Part shown: positions 7,972-16,825 of the stretch, piece after piece
Layout of the letters: the number at the start of each line of letters is the position of its first letter
Numbering within the stretch: the stretch's first letter is position 1
NCBI GenBank assembly: GCA_041690595.1
Contig: JAWLHB010000021.1
Span: 50,599 to 70,598, forward strand
Direction: 5' to 3'
Source: Lentisphaeria bacterium
GTDB taxonomy: Bacteria > Verrucomicrobiota > Lentisphaeria > JABSQK01 > JAWLHB01
Length of the DNA stretch: 20,000 bases
Notes under the pieces: model-generated
Database searches by the model: none
Told to the model about the DNA's origin: nothing
Seen by the model: only the letters and a program-made list of their open reading frames with translations
Program-made: the position numbers and the translations under genes

Positions 7972-8954
7972 GCTTCCCCCTCATCGGTCAGGGTAGTCCA
8001 GTCGAAGAGGGTAAAGAGCTCGCTGGTGCGATGATGCAGATGATCCTGATAGGCAGCCTGGGCATCATGAGGATCGACCAGGCGCCAGTGTCCCTCCACC
8101 TGCAGCCGCCCTTCCGCCAGCCACTCCAGGGCCGTGGCGAAGTTGCCGAAGATGGAGCAGGGCGCGAAGTCGGAACGCTGTCGAGGCAGTTCCCATTCCC
8201 AGCCGCTGCGCAGGACGACGTACTTGTGAAAGACGAGGTGCAGCAGTTCATGGGCGGTGGCCGTCGTCTGGGGCTGCCAGGGCACGCCCACCAGCACCAC
8301 CTCCCCACGCCGGCGCACGACCTGACACGCATCCAGCACCGCGGCTTCATGACCCGAACACTCCACCACCAGCGCCACGTCCCCCTGCAGATCCGGATCC
8401 TTCACCGGTATCCGGGGATAAACCTCCGTGATGCCACAGGCCGGCAGCAGTTCCCGCCGCCGGATGTCCGGCTCTACCCCCATCACCGCATAGCCCGACA
8501 GATGAAAGATCTGAGCCGCAAGAAAGCCGACTGGCCCAAGGCCGGTGACAATGATCCGCTCACCCGGGCGCGCGGTCGTCGTCATCAGGGTGGTCATGGA
8601 GACCCCCATGAGCCGCGCCAGTGGCGCGACCTCCGGCGCCAGTTCCGGCGGCACGATGACGGCTTCCTGCGCCGCCACGCATTGCCACGTGCGATGCGCG
8701 CCCATGCAGAAGAGGATCTCTCCCGGCTGCAGTTCCTCGACCCCCGCGCCCACCTCCGTCACTTCAAAGACGGCGGCATAGCCGGGATAGCCGGGAAAGG
8801 TGCGGCCATGGTAGAACCACGCCAGCTCCGTTCCCGGGCTCATCAGGGAATACAGGGTGCGGCCGACCACCTGGCCCGGCCCTGGCACGGGTGGTGGATC
8901 GATCTCGACCAGGTCGGCCTGTTCATAGGCAGTCACGGCAATGGCGGCGTTCAC
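7968..8954 (-). CDS. MDR-superfamily (zinc-binding alcohol dehydrogenase-like) oxidoreductase
   Basis: SLMSPGTEL, PGYPGYAAV, NAD-binding GLGPVG, VVECSG, GEVVLVG. 4-bp overlaps with both neighbours. Confidence 0.85.
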   Translation of the reverse strand: MNAAIAVTAYEQADLVEIDPPPVPGPGQVVGRTLYSLMSPGTELAWFYHGRTFPGYPGYAAVFEVTEVGAGVEELQPGEILFCMGAHRTWQCVAAQEAVIVPPELAPEVAPLARLMGVSMTTLMTTTARPGERIIVTGLGPVGFLAAQIFHLSGYAVMGVEPDIRRRELLPACGITEVYPRIPVKDPDLQGDVALVVECSGHEAAVLDACQVVRRRGEVVLVGVPWQPQTTATAHELLHLVFHKYVVLRSGWEWELPRQRSDFAPCSIFGNFATALEWLAEGRLQVEGHWRLVDPHDAQAAYQDHLHHRTSELFTLFDWTTLTDEGEA

Positions 8955-9787
8955 AGTTGCACTCCTTCGCGTCGTGCCACCGAGCGAATGTGCTCCGCGG
9001 CCAGGTGATATTCCGTTTCGTTCGGCAGATGCTCCAGCATGAGCGGCACATCCGGGCTCAGCTTCGACAACTCCCGCAGATAGAGCCCGTAGTCCAGCGT
9101 GCCCAGCCCCGGCCGCACTTCATCCAGGTGCACCGTCAGGTGATTCTGCAGCCGGATGTCCTTGGCATGGCAGGACTTGATCAAAGGGCCCAGCTTCTCG
9201 AAGCACTCCCGCAGCAGCTCGCCGTTGCGGAAACAGCGCCCCGGCGAGTTGATCAGGTTCACGGGATCCAGATGAACCGCCACCTGTGGCCGATCGATCG
9301 CCTTGAGCAGGGCCAGATACGAATCGGCGGAATCCGGGTACATCCACGGCATGGTCTCGAGGGTGTAGAAGCTTCGCTTCGGCTTCACGTCGTCAACGAT
9401 CCCACGGATGCTCTCGACAACCGCATCGAACGCTTCGGTAGTCAGATCCTCTGGGCAGGGGCCATCCCATTTTTCCCCAAGCGAACCCACGATGTTGACG
9501 CAGCAACCGGCCCCGATTCGCTCCGCCAGATCCAGGCAGGCGCGGCACTTCGCCTTGGCCGCTTCCCGAATGGCGGGATCACGGCTCAGCGGATTGCTCC
9601 AGGCCCCCACCTCCGCAATGAGGATATCGGCGCGCTCCGCGGCCGCGCGAAATTCCGCCACGCACGTCGCGTCCGCCTCTGTCGTGACCGGACAATACGC
9701 CGCTCGATATCCGGCAGCCCTCACCGCGGCCACCCAACTCTCCGCATCGTTCTCGCGTGATGCACGAACTGGTCCACCCAAACGCAT
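8951..9787 (-). CDS. Sugar phosphate isomerase/epimerase (AP-endonuclease-2 TIM barrel)
   Basis: Metal-binding motifs YTLETMP, VHLDPVN, CHAKD, LMLEH, plus PGLGTLDY. GGAGG lies 6 nt before the ATG at 9787. Confidence 0.88.
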   Translation of the reverse strand: MRLGGPVRASRENDAESWVAAVRAAGYRAAYCPVTTEADATCVAEFRAAAERADILIAEVGAWSNPLSRDPAIREAAKAKCRACLDLAERIGAGCCVNIVGSLGEKWDGPCPEDLTTEAFDAVVESIRGIVDDVKPKRSFYTLETMPWMYPDSADSYLALLKAIDRPQVAVHLDPVNLINSPGRCFRNGELLRECFEKLGPLIKSCHAKDIRLQNHLTVHLDEVRPGLGTLDYGLYLRELSKLSPDVPLMLEHLPNETEYHLAAEHIRSVARREGVQL

Positions 9788-9988
9788 AAGCACCTCCCTT
9801 TCCGGCTAAGCTGTTTTTACTACCACCGCAATGTAGCGCATCCACGCCGCGGGTGCAGCAAATTCCCCTCACAAAATTGAAATCCCCGGAAACGATTTCT
9901 TGGAATCGAGACATGAGCGCGTCATAGTCTTTGATCATCCCGGTTCAACCATCGACCGCTTGATCACAACCAGCAGGAGCCATCCTTC

Positions 9989-11134
9989 ATGCCGCGCGTA
10001 CGACTTGTCAGCCAGGGAGTCGCCTTCATGGGCGAGGCGGGGAGCCCGACCTCCAGTGCCTGCTTTGCCAGCTGCCATGTCACCGCGAGTGGCCGCTGGC
10101 TGGTGGCGCTTCGTGTGGCGCCGCGCAAGACGGATACTCGCCCCGAGCGGATTCTCATCACCTGGAGCGATGACGAAGGTAGCAGCTGGGCACCTCCTGC
10201 CGCGCCTTTCTCCGCCCCCGTCCATAACGACAGGCAAGGTACCTTTCGGCTGGCGAATCTGGGCGACCTCGGCAACGGCGTTGTGGGTGCCTCCCTGCTC
10301 TGGGTCGACGATTCGAATCCCGCGTTGCCATTCTTCAACGAAACGACCGAAGGGCTTCTCCTCTGCCGCCCCTTTCTCGCCATCTCGCGCGACGATGGCG
10401 CATCCTGGGAGGGGCCGCGGTATCTCGATCCCGCTCCGTTCAGCATGCCAACGCCAATCACCGGGCCGGTCCTCGTCAACCGTGCAGGCGAATGGCTTCT
10501 GCAGTTCGAGACGCAGAAGCCCTACGACGATGCCGCCCCCTGGATTCAGAGCGCGGTCATGATGCGCTCCACCGACGGTGGCCGTACCTGGCCGGCCTGC
10601 ACGCGCGTCGCCCACGATCCCTCAGGACGCCTCTTCCACTGGGACATGCGCGCTCGGGTGCTGCCGGATGGGCGGATCCTGGCCACCTTCTGGATGTTCG
10701 ACCGCGAGAGCGCGGCTTACCGCAACATTCACATCGCCGAATCCCGGGACGGTGGTCACACCTGGTCACCTCCCTGGGACAGCGGCCTGCCCGGCCAGCC
10801 CGCGGCCATCACGCAGCTCAACGGCGGCGAACTCGCTTTGGTCCACGTCGATCGCGAATCCCTCCCCTGCATCAAGATGCGCCTGAGCAGCGACGGTGGC
10901 CGAAGCTGGCCCGAGGAGAGCGAGTTCGTCATTGCCCGGGCGGAGATCACGCAACAAGGCGCGAAGGGCTCCATGCAGGATGCGTGGACCGAGATGCAGA
11001 GCTTCAGCCTCGGCCTCCCGCAGACGTCCCCGCTGCCCGATGGCGACCTTCTTGTCACCTGGTATCAGGGGCAGACTACCGATCATACCGCCATTCACTG
11101 GGCTCGACTCCGCCGCCACCAGGCACGCGGTTGA
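9989..11134 (+). CDS. Asp-box (BNR) beta-propeller, sialidase-like protein
   Basis: Five Asp-boxes: SDDEGSSW, SRDDGASW, STDGGRTW, SRDGGHTW, SSDGGRSW. AGGAG RBS. No signal peptide and no FRIP motif. Confidence 0.85.
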   Translation: MPRVRLVSQGVAFMGEAGSPTSSACFASCHVTASGRWLVALRVAPRKTDTRPERILITWSDDEGSSWAPPAAPFSAPVHNDRQGTFRLANLGDLGNGVVGASLLWVDDSNPALPFFNETTEGLLLCRPFLAISRDDGASWEGPRYLDPAPFSMPTPITGPVLVNRAGEWLLQFETQKPYDDAAPWIQSAVMMRSTDGGRTWPACTRVAHDPSGRLFHWDMRARVLPDGRILATFWMFDRESAAYRNIHIAESRDGGHTWSPPWDSGLPGQPAAITQLNGGELALVHVDRESLPCIKMRLSSDGGRSWPEESEFVIARAEITQQGAKGSMQDAWTEMQSFSLGLPQTSPLPDGDLLVTWYQGQTTDHTAIHWARLRRHQARG

Positions 11135-11137
11135 AGA

Positions 11138-12166
11138 TCATGCGGTGCCCAGCGCCGTCAGCTCGGCCGCCTCGCGGAAAACCCGCATGTTTCTATCCGA
11201 GGTACCCGGGGTGATTTCACAGCCAGCTGAGACGATGAGGCGCTCGTTGGCCTGCATCCAACAATCGGCGACATCCGCGGCAATGCGCGCCGGGGTGCCA
11301 TCCTGGATAATGCTTACGGGATCAGTCTTGCCGCACAGGCGCTGACCAGGCCCCAGCAGCGGCGCAAATGGGGCCATCGAAGGGACCAGGTGATCCACAT
11401 CGACGATATCGGCACCGGTCGCGATCATGCCCTCCAGGATGGGTTTCGTGTTGCCGCAGATATGCAGCTTGGCGATCGCACCCAGGCTGTGAATGTGGTC
11501 CACCATCTGCTTCTCACGCTCGAAGGCAAGCTGGCGATAGAGCCCCGGCCCAATCTGCGAGCAGAAGGCGTCGCCAATGCCGATGCAATGGGCGCCGGCT
11601 TCCACCTGCAGGGTGATGAACTCAAGGGCCGTGGTGACAATCGCATCCATCGCCTGGCTAACCGTTTCCGGATCGTCGAGGAAATCCATGGCGGCAGCCG
11701 TCGCGCCCCGCAGGTCGGCATATTCCGCCACGGGCCCCTCGACCCAGCCGACGATGAAATACCGATCGCCCACCCGCCGCTTGAACTCGGCAACCTCGGC
11801 GATGCGGTTTACGCAGCGGGCATGCTCAAGCGGCTTGATCGGGGTCAGGCGTCGCACCGCCTCCAGGTCCGGCAAGTGCCCGCCCACGTCGAGAGGAAGC
11901 GCGTTCTCGGGGTATTCGATCTCAAGGCCGAATCCCGACGCTTCGCAGTAGGCATCGGACATCACGGTGACCCAGTCGAGATCGAAGTCATCCGCGCAGG
12001 TGATCATTCCTTCACACTTGGCGCGATAGTCGGTGCAGAAGTCCCGATACTGGATTCCCGCATACTGGGCCGCCCACCGCATGATGATGGGGTGAAAGGG
12101 CAGACGATCCACCGGCTTGCCGGCGAGGAAGTTCAGGCTCCGTTGCAGTCCATTCATGCGCTCCAT
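11138..12166 (-). CDS. Uroporphyrinogen decarboxylase-like / MtaA-CmuA-type methyltransferase family protein
   Basis: GKPVDRLP, GWVEGP, QVEAGA, IGDA, Zn-ligand motif LHICG (HxC), C-terminal SAGCEI. GGAGG RBS. Confidence 0.88.
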   Translation of the reverse strand: MERMNGLQRSLNFLAGKPVDRLPFHPIIMRWAAQYAGIQYRDFCTDYRAKCEGMITCADDFDLDWVTVMSDAYCEASGFGLEIEYPENALPLDVGGHLPDLEAVRRLTPIKPLEHARCVNRIAEVAEFKRRVGDRYFIVGWVEGPVAEYADLRGATAAAMDFLDDPETVSQAMDAIVTTALEFITLQVEAGAHCIGIGDAFCSQIGPGLYRQLAFEREKQMVDHIHSLGAIAKLHICGNTKPILEGMIATGADIVDVDHLVPSMAPFAPLLGPGQRLCGKTDPVSIIQDGTPARIAADVADCWMQANERLIVSAGCEITPGTSDRNMRVFREAAELTALGTA

Positions 12167-12254
12167 GTATCACCTCCGGAATCGGCCGTTGATATCGATT
12201 GATGGTCGTCTTTCAGGCAAAATAGCTGTCCGGCAAGGGAATGCAATGACGCAG

Positions 12255-15200
12255 CTACTCCACAGGCGCCACGGGGTGGACCAGCAGGCGCCCCTCGCCG
12301 GGCTTCAGCTCGATCGTCTCGCCGCTCCAGTCGAGGCCGGGCAACGCCATGGTCCGGGTCAGACTGGTGGTGACCGGCTTGTCGGTCGGGTTGTTGACCG
12401 AAACATGCCACAGTGGCGGCGCCTGGCCTTCGGCATCGCTCAGGCAGACCACTTCGATGAATAGCTCGCTGCCCGCCTCGTCGGCGATGACGGGCTGGCC
12501 GGCGACGAGGTGATGCAGCGCCGCCTGGCCGGTATGTATCGGGAAGTAGATGCGTCCGTCGAAGTCGGTGGCAAGGGAGCGGAAGCGATTCTGAGGTTTG
12601 CCGTAGCGGCCCGCGCCGACGTAGCCGTCCTTCTGCCAGAGGATGGCGCTCCAGCGTGGATTGAAGCCGCTGACACGGAAGGGCAGGTTGGCGTCGAGGT
12701 TGTCCCGCGAGCGGGGTACCTTGATCTCGACGGCGCCGTTGTCGGCGCTCAACTCGACGACGCCCGGCGGGGCGGCGATCCGCGCTCCGCGCAGCAGTTC
12801 CAGGCCATCGGGCTGCTCGAAGTAGCGGATCCAGCGCCGCAATTCCTCCGTCCCGGCAATCGGCCGATCCATGGGCCAGGCCGTCTGGAACCACTCGATG
12901 GTACGGCTCTCTCCTGCCTTGACGGCCAGGCCGCCCGCGGGCAGTTCCTCGGTCAACCCCGTTCTTTCAGGCGAAACGGAGAGGATCAGCGGCACGCCGC
13001 GGTTCACCCACAGCAGGGAGTTGGATTCATTGGGCGAGATGGCCGCAACCCAGTCGCCGGTGTCGATGCGCCAGTTCACCGCGCCGGGTGCGACGCGCGG
13101 CGAGACATCGCGGGCATTGATCAGCGTGTCGCTCCGGCCGTGTACGAGCATGACATTCACCGGCAGCGCTCTGCGCCACTCGTAGCCGAGCATGGCAAGA
13201 TTCAGGTCAAGATCCTGCTTGAAGGTGTTGATCTGGGTATAGAGAGTGGCGGTCGGCCCCAGAGAGCGGCCCATCGGTCCCCAGCCAACGGCGGTGCCGT
13301 CCTGATACTGAGCCCAGAGAGTGAAGATCCCTTCCATGTCCACCAGCTCGATGGGCGCAATCGGTCCGAAACCGCTCCAGGGATTGCGGTGCGGTGAACC
13401 AGGCAGCAGCACCCCGCGAGTGACCGAGCGCCCGCGCCAGACCGTATCGTCGCCCAGCTCCTTCACCGGCGTCTGATAGACGGTCTCCTGATGGCCGGCG
13501 CTGGTCTGGAAGGTTGGACGAAGGTTACCCCATGCGAGCAGGGGGAGCTTGCCGACCGTCGAGCCCATGCCATCCCAGATGACACCCGGCTCCGGGATCT
13601 GTGGGACGAGCATATAGTTCGACCAGCCGGGGCCGCGGAAGAGCAGCATGTTGCCGCAGTCGTTGACGTGGTCGGAGCAGAAGACCGGCCCCGGCGAACC
13701 GTCGCGCCAACCGCGCAGCGGGTACGAGACGGCCTTGCCGCCGTTCACGTCGGTGGCGACCACGCTCATGCTTCGGTAGATCGAGCCGCTCAGAAAGAGG
13801 CGGGTCGTAAACTCCTTCTCACCACTCGGCAGGAAGCGGCGGAAGAGTTGCTCCCCCTCGTAAACCAGGATCTCTTTCAAGCCGACATCCGAAGTAATCC
13901 GCAGGGGGGCGGGGATCAGCATTCTCCGGCTGGCGAACAGCTCGCCGGCGTAGCTGCCCGTGCGGTAAGTGAATGGCCAGGAATGGATCATCGGGCCGCT
14001 GCTCGGGAAGGCGCTGGAACTTCCATACGGACCTTTCCAGCACAAGTGGTTGCTCCATAGCTGCCTCACCTCTCCCGCGACATAGGTGAGTGCCTGATCA
14101 CCATCGACTGCCGCCGCCATCTCCGCCGGGGAATCGACGAGGTTGATCACCACCGGCACCGCACTCAAGGTCCCGGCATTGGTGCGCAGGAACTGGTCGG
14201 TGACATCCTCGACGAACTCGCCACGGTTGTAATAGACGAGCCCCACCATGCTGAAGAGGCGCAGATCGTGAACCGCCATGCCGCCGCTCTTCATCGGCCC
14301 CGTGAAGTCGAACCAGCCAAGTGAGTTCGCCTGGCCGCGCACGGACTGAAAGACAAAGTCAATAGCTTTGCTGGTCTCCCAGTAGCCCTCTTCGTTCACG
14401 GGCTGTATGATGAAGGTCTTCCGATCCTCGGAGAGATAATCGTCGTGGATGAGCAGCGGATCCTTGCCGAAGTTAAAGAACTGGTTTCCGAGGTTGCTCC
14501 GAATGCGGTAGCCCGCGATCAGCAGCAGGTCGTCGCCGCTGTGTTCCTTGCAGTCAGCCACCAGCTGTTCGAGTTCAGCCGCGGTCAGTTCTCCCATCTC
14601 TTCGAGGAAGAGGATGAACGAGAGGCCTTTCTCCCTCGCCATGGCCGCATAATCGCCAACGGTACCCTGGCCACCAGAATAGGCCGTGCGGGGGCCGACA
14701 ATGCCTTTGAGCAGATTCGCGGGCGGAGGAACCAGCGCCGGATCGAGATTTACGGTGGCCGCCGCGCCGAGATACCGCTGGTAGTTGGGATTCTCCGGGC
14801 GCTCCAGGGGTCTCGCCCAGCGATCGGCCGGCGTTATCGCACCACCCAGGGAGCCCGAGGCCAGGCTGGGCGCCGCCAGCCAGCCGAGCGTGTTGCGCAA
14901 CAGCTTGCCGAAATCCGATGGTTTGCTGTTCAGCCCCTTGTCGAGCATGGCACCGTTGTGGACCCAGGACAGGCCGGAGCCGAAATGGAAGTTCGGGTGC
15001 GCATGAAAGAGGGCCAGCCGTCCCGGCTCGAGGTCGCGAATCGCGAAGAGCGGCGGCTCCTCTACACCGTTCGGGCGGACAAACGGCGCGTCGTAATACG
15101 GCACGCCGGGCTTTTGGTCCGGCAGGGGCAGAGGTACGGTGCGGCTGCCTTGGGGGGCGCGCAGGACCGTGGTCCAGGAATCCTCCACGTCGATAGGACC

Positions 15201-15806
15201 GGCCGCCACCCAATGCCCCCCGCCGACAGGATACCAGACATTGCTGACCCCATCGGATACGGGTGAAGCCGCCACGTTGGCAGTCCGAAAGAAGGGCATG
15301 TCCAGCAGGCGCGAATGCTTGACAATCTGGTCAGCCGGAAGAACAATCTGTTCGAGCGGCCGCCGCGCGCCCCAGCGTGCCAGTGCCTTCTGTGCGGCAT
15401 TGTAGAAGGGGGCATTGTTGGCATGTTGAAGCAGATTGATCATCACGCCACCCCCCTCGGCGAGGAAGCGATCCACGAGGACGAGCGTCTCCTCCAGGTT
15501 CGGCCCACTGCCGGGACCGCCGCTCGGCCCGTTAGTCACCTTGCCTTCCTGCGGGAAATCGATCAGGACCAGCACGTTGTAGGTCTTGAGCAGATCCCAC
15601 GTGAGCTGATTATGGGTGATGGCCTCGACCTCGATGCCGGTTGCCTGCAACTGCTTCACGTAGGTCAGGTCCAGCTCATGATGCCAGTTGTCGATCAAGA
15701 TGGCGGGCTTTCTGACGACATCGGCCTGGGGCTCTGCCTGGGCGAACAACCCGCCCGGCAGCGCGATAAGGAGAGCGGCAAGCGTGAAGAGTCGTCGCGT
15801 TATCAT
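12255..15806 (-). CDS. Large exported protein (1183 aa): GATase/ThuA-like N-domain, degenerate PHP-like domain, unknown C-terminus
   Basis: Signal peptide MITRRLFTLAALLIALPGGLFA-Q. LLKTYNVLVL...FLAEGGGVMI...LLRNTLGWLA resembles the class I GATase-like fold. KGIVGPRTAYSGGQGTVGDYAAMAREKGLSFILFLE resembles a PHP N-terminus. Confidence 0.8.
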   Translation of the reverse strand: MITRRLFTLAALLIALPGGLFAQAEPQADVVRKPAILIDNWHHELDLTYVKQLQATGIEVEAITHNQLTWDLLKTYNVLVLIDFPQEGKVTNGPSGGPGSGPNLEETLVLVDRFLAEGGGVMINLLQHANNAPFYNAAQKALARWGARRPLEQIVLPADQIVKHSRLLDMPFFRTANVAASPVSDGVSNVWYPVGGGHWVAAGPIDVEDSWTTVLRAPQGSRTVPLPLPDQKPGVPYYDAPFVRPNGVEEPPLFAIRDLEPGRLALFHAHPNFHFGSGLSWVHNGAMLDKGLNSKPSDFGKLLRNTLGWLAAPSLASGSLGGAITPADRWARPLERPENPNYQRYLGAAATVNLDPALVPPPANLLKGIVGPRTAYSGGQGTVGDYAAMAREKGLSFILFLEEMGELTAAELEQLVADCKEHSGDDLLLIAGYRIRSNLGNQFFNFGKDPLLIHDDYLSEDRKTFIIQPVNEEGYWETSKAIDFVFQSVRGQANSLGWFDFTGPMKSGGMAVHDLRLFSMVGLVYYNRGEFVEDVTDQFLRTNAGTLSAVPVVINLVDSPAEMAAAVDGDQALTYVAGEVRQLWSNHLCWKGPYGSSSAFPSSGPMIHSWPFTYRTGSYAGELFASRRMLIPAPLRITSDVGLKEILVYEGEQLFRRFLPSGEKEFTTRLFLSGSIYRSMSVVATDVNGGKAVSYPLRGWRDGSPGPVFCSDHVNDCGNMLLFRGPGWSNYMLVPQIPEPGVIWDGMGSTVGKLPLLAWGNLRPTFQTSAGHQETVYQTPVKELGDDTVWRGRSVTRGVLLPGSPHRNPWSGFGPIAPIELVDMEGIFTLWAQYQDGTAVGWGPMGRSLGPTATLYTQINTFKQDLDLNLAMLGYEWRRALPVNVMLVHGRSDTLINARDVSPRVAPGAVNWRIDTGDWVAAISPNESNSLLWVNRGVPLILSVSPERTGLTEELPAGGLAVKAGESRTIEWFQTAWPMDRPIAGTEELRRWIRYFEQPDGLELLRGARIAAPPGVVELSADNGAVEIKVPRSRDNLDANLPFRVSGFNPRWSAILWQKDGYVGAGRYGKPQNRFRSLATDFDGRIYFPIHTGQAALHHLVAGQPVIADEAGSELFIEVVCLSDAEGQAPPLWHVSVNNPTDKPVTTSLTRTMALPGLDWSGETIELKPGEGRLLVHPVAPVE

Positions 15807-15939
15807 GAGTCAGAGCCTGGGTTGTGGTTGAAATTCCAGAGGTTTTCCTGTGGCGGTAAGGTAGGCATCAGCGCTTCGCTAATCAAGCGCGGCGCTCGGG
15901 TAAGGACTACCGTAAACCAAGGCAATGACCGTGAATCCA

Positions 15940-16224
15940 AAGGGTCCGAACCGGACGGATTAAACCACGAAGAGCACGAAGAGCCTAGCGCGGCCGTTGG
16001 CCGCAACCAAAGGTTTTCCATTGCGGGGTGACGTTTTACATACTTAAACCTCCGATGCTATGAATGTCACCACGAAGGACACGAAGAACACGAAGATTAA
16101 TACAAGTAACTCCAACTGATCTTTGTAATGTTTCTAATCACCAACCGTATTTTCCATAGACAATCAACCTATCCTTCGTGCTCTTCGTGCACTTCGTGGT
16201 AAATCCGTTCGATTTGGATCCCTT
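15940..16224. repeat. Inverted repeat pair A/A' (~45 bp arms) carrying 9-bp-period modules
   Basis: 15940-15984 AAGGGTCCGAACCGGACGGATTAAACCACGAAGAGCACGAAGAGC vs reverse complement of 16180-16224 AAGGGATCCAAATCGAACGGATTTACCACGAAGTGCACGAAGAGC: 39/46 columns identical by manual alignment. Confidence 0.85.
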
Positions 16225-16551
16225 CTGGGTGACCGCATTATCGGATCTTTCTTAACAAAGTATGTTGGAGGTGAGTGGACGCCTATTCCCCTGATCTTGA
16301 GGTTGATTCACCAGAAACTTTGTACAGAAAATAAAGTTGTGGCGGATAGTAGTACGAAAATGGGTAGGTAAGCTATAAAAACTGCCGCTAAATCATTCTA
16401 CCCGTCATAACGATCATCGCAATTTGCTTCTAGCAACCTTTGTGTCCTTCGTGTTCTTCGTGGTGGTCCTGATAGCGTCGGATGTTGACGAATGTGAAGC
16501 TTCCCCCACGAGACAGAAAAGCCTTTGGTTGCGGCCAACGGCCGCGCCAGG
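15984..16551. mobile_element. Non-autonomous MITE/REP-like element with 30-bp terminal inverted repeats
   Basis: CCTAGCGCGGCCGTTGGCCGCAACCAAAGG (15984-16013) matches the reverse complement of 16522-16551 at 29/30. Arms extend to ~148 bp (15984-16130 / 16403-16551; about 73% by manual alignment). AT-rich interior, no transposase. The repeat is certain; mobility is inferred. Confidence 0.65.
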
Positions 16552-16825
16552 GTTCTATCCGTTGCATGACGAAGGTGTTCAGCCATTCCCAGGCCTCAGC
16601 GCTTTACCTTGCGCACCGACCCAGAGCCACTCGCCGCCGCTGCCTTCCGCGCCGTCGGCAGCAGCCTCGGCCCCGTCGTCACCCGGGATGCCTGATCCTC
16701 GCGATAGTCCTCCAAAACGTAGTGACAACGTTATGTGACGGTTTCGTAAACCATTGGAAAGGCGGCTCTTACGGAAAAGCACTGTCGAAGTCGGGTCAGG
16801 GAAGGGGGAAGCGGCGGCGGCAGTC

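Noticed and set aside
7960..8954. Sulfatase and dehydrogenase genes both begin (A/G)TGAACGCCGCC (MNAA)
   Set aside because: An 11-bp match partly forced by the shared TGA overlap. No further similarity.
9878..9909. Short inverted repeats in the divergent promoter region (GAAATC/GATTTC; CGATTTC/GGAATCG) as an operator
   Set aside because: Only 6-7 bp and imperfect, with no regulator nearby. Compatible with chance.
9989..11134. Calling the BNR protein a true sialidase (nanH)
   Set aside because: Asp-boxes are present, but the FRIP motif and an identifiable Arg triad are not.
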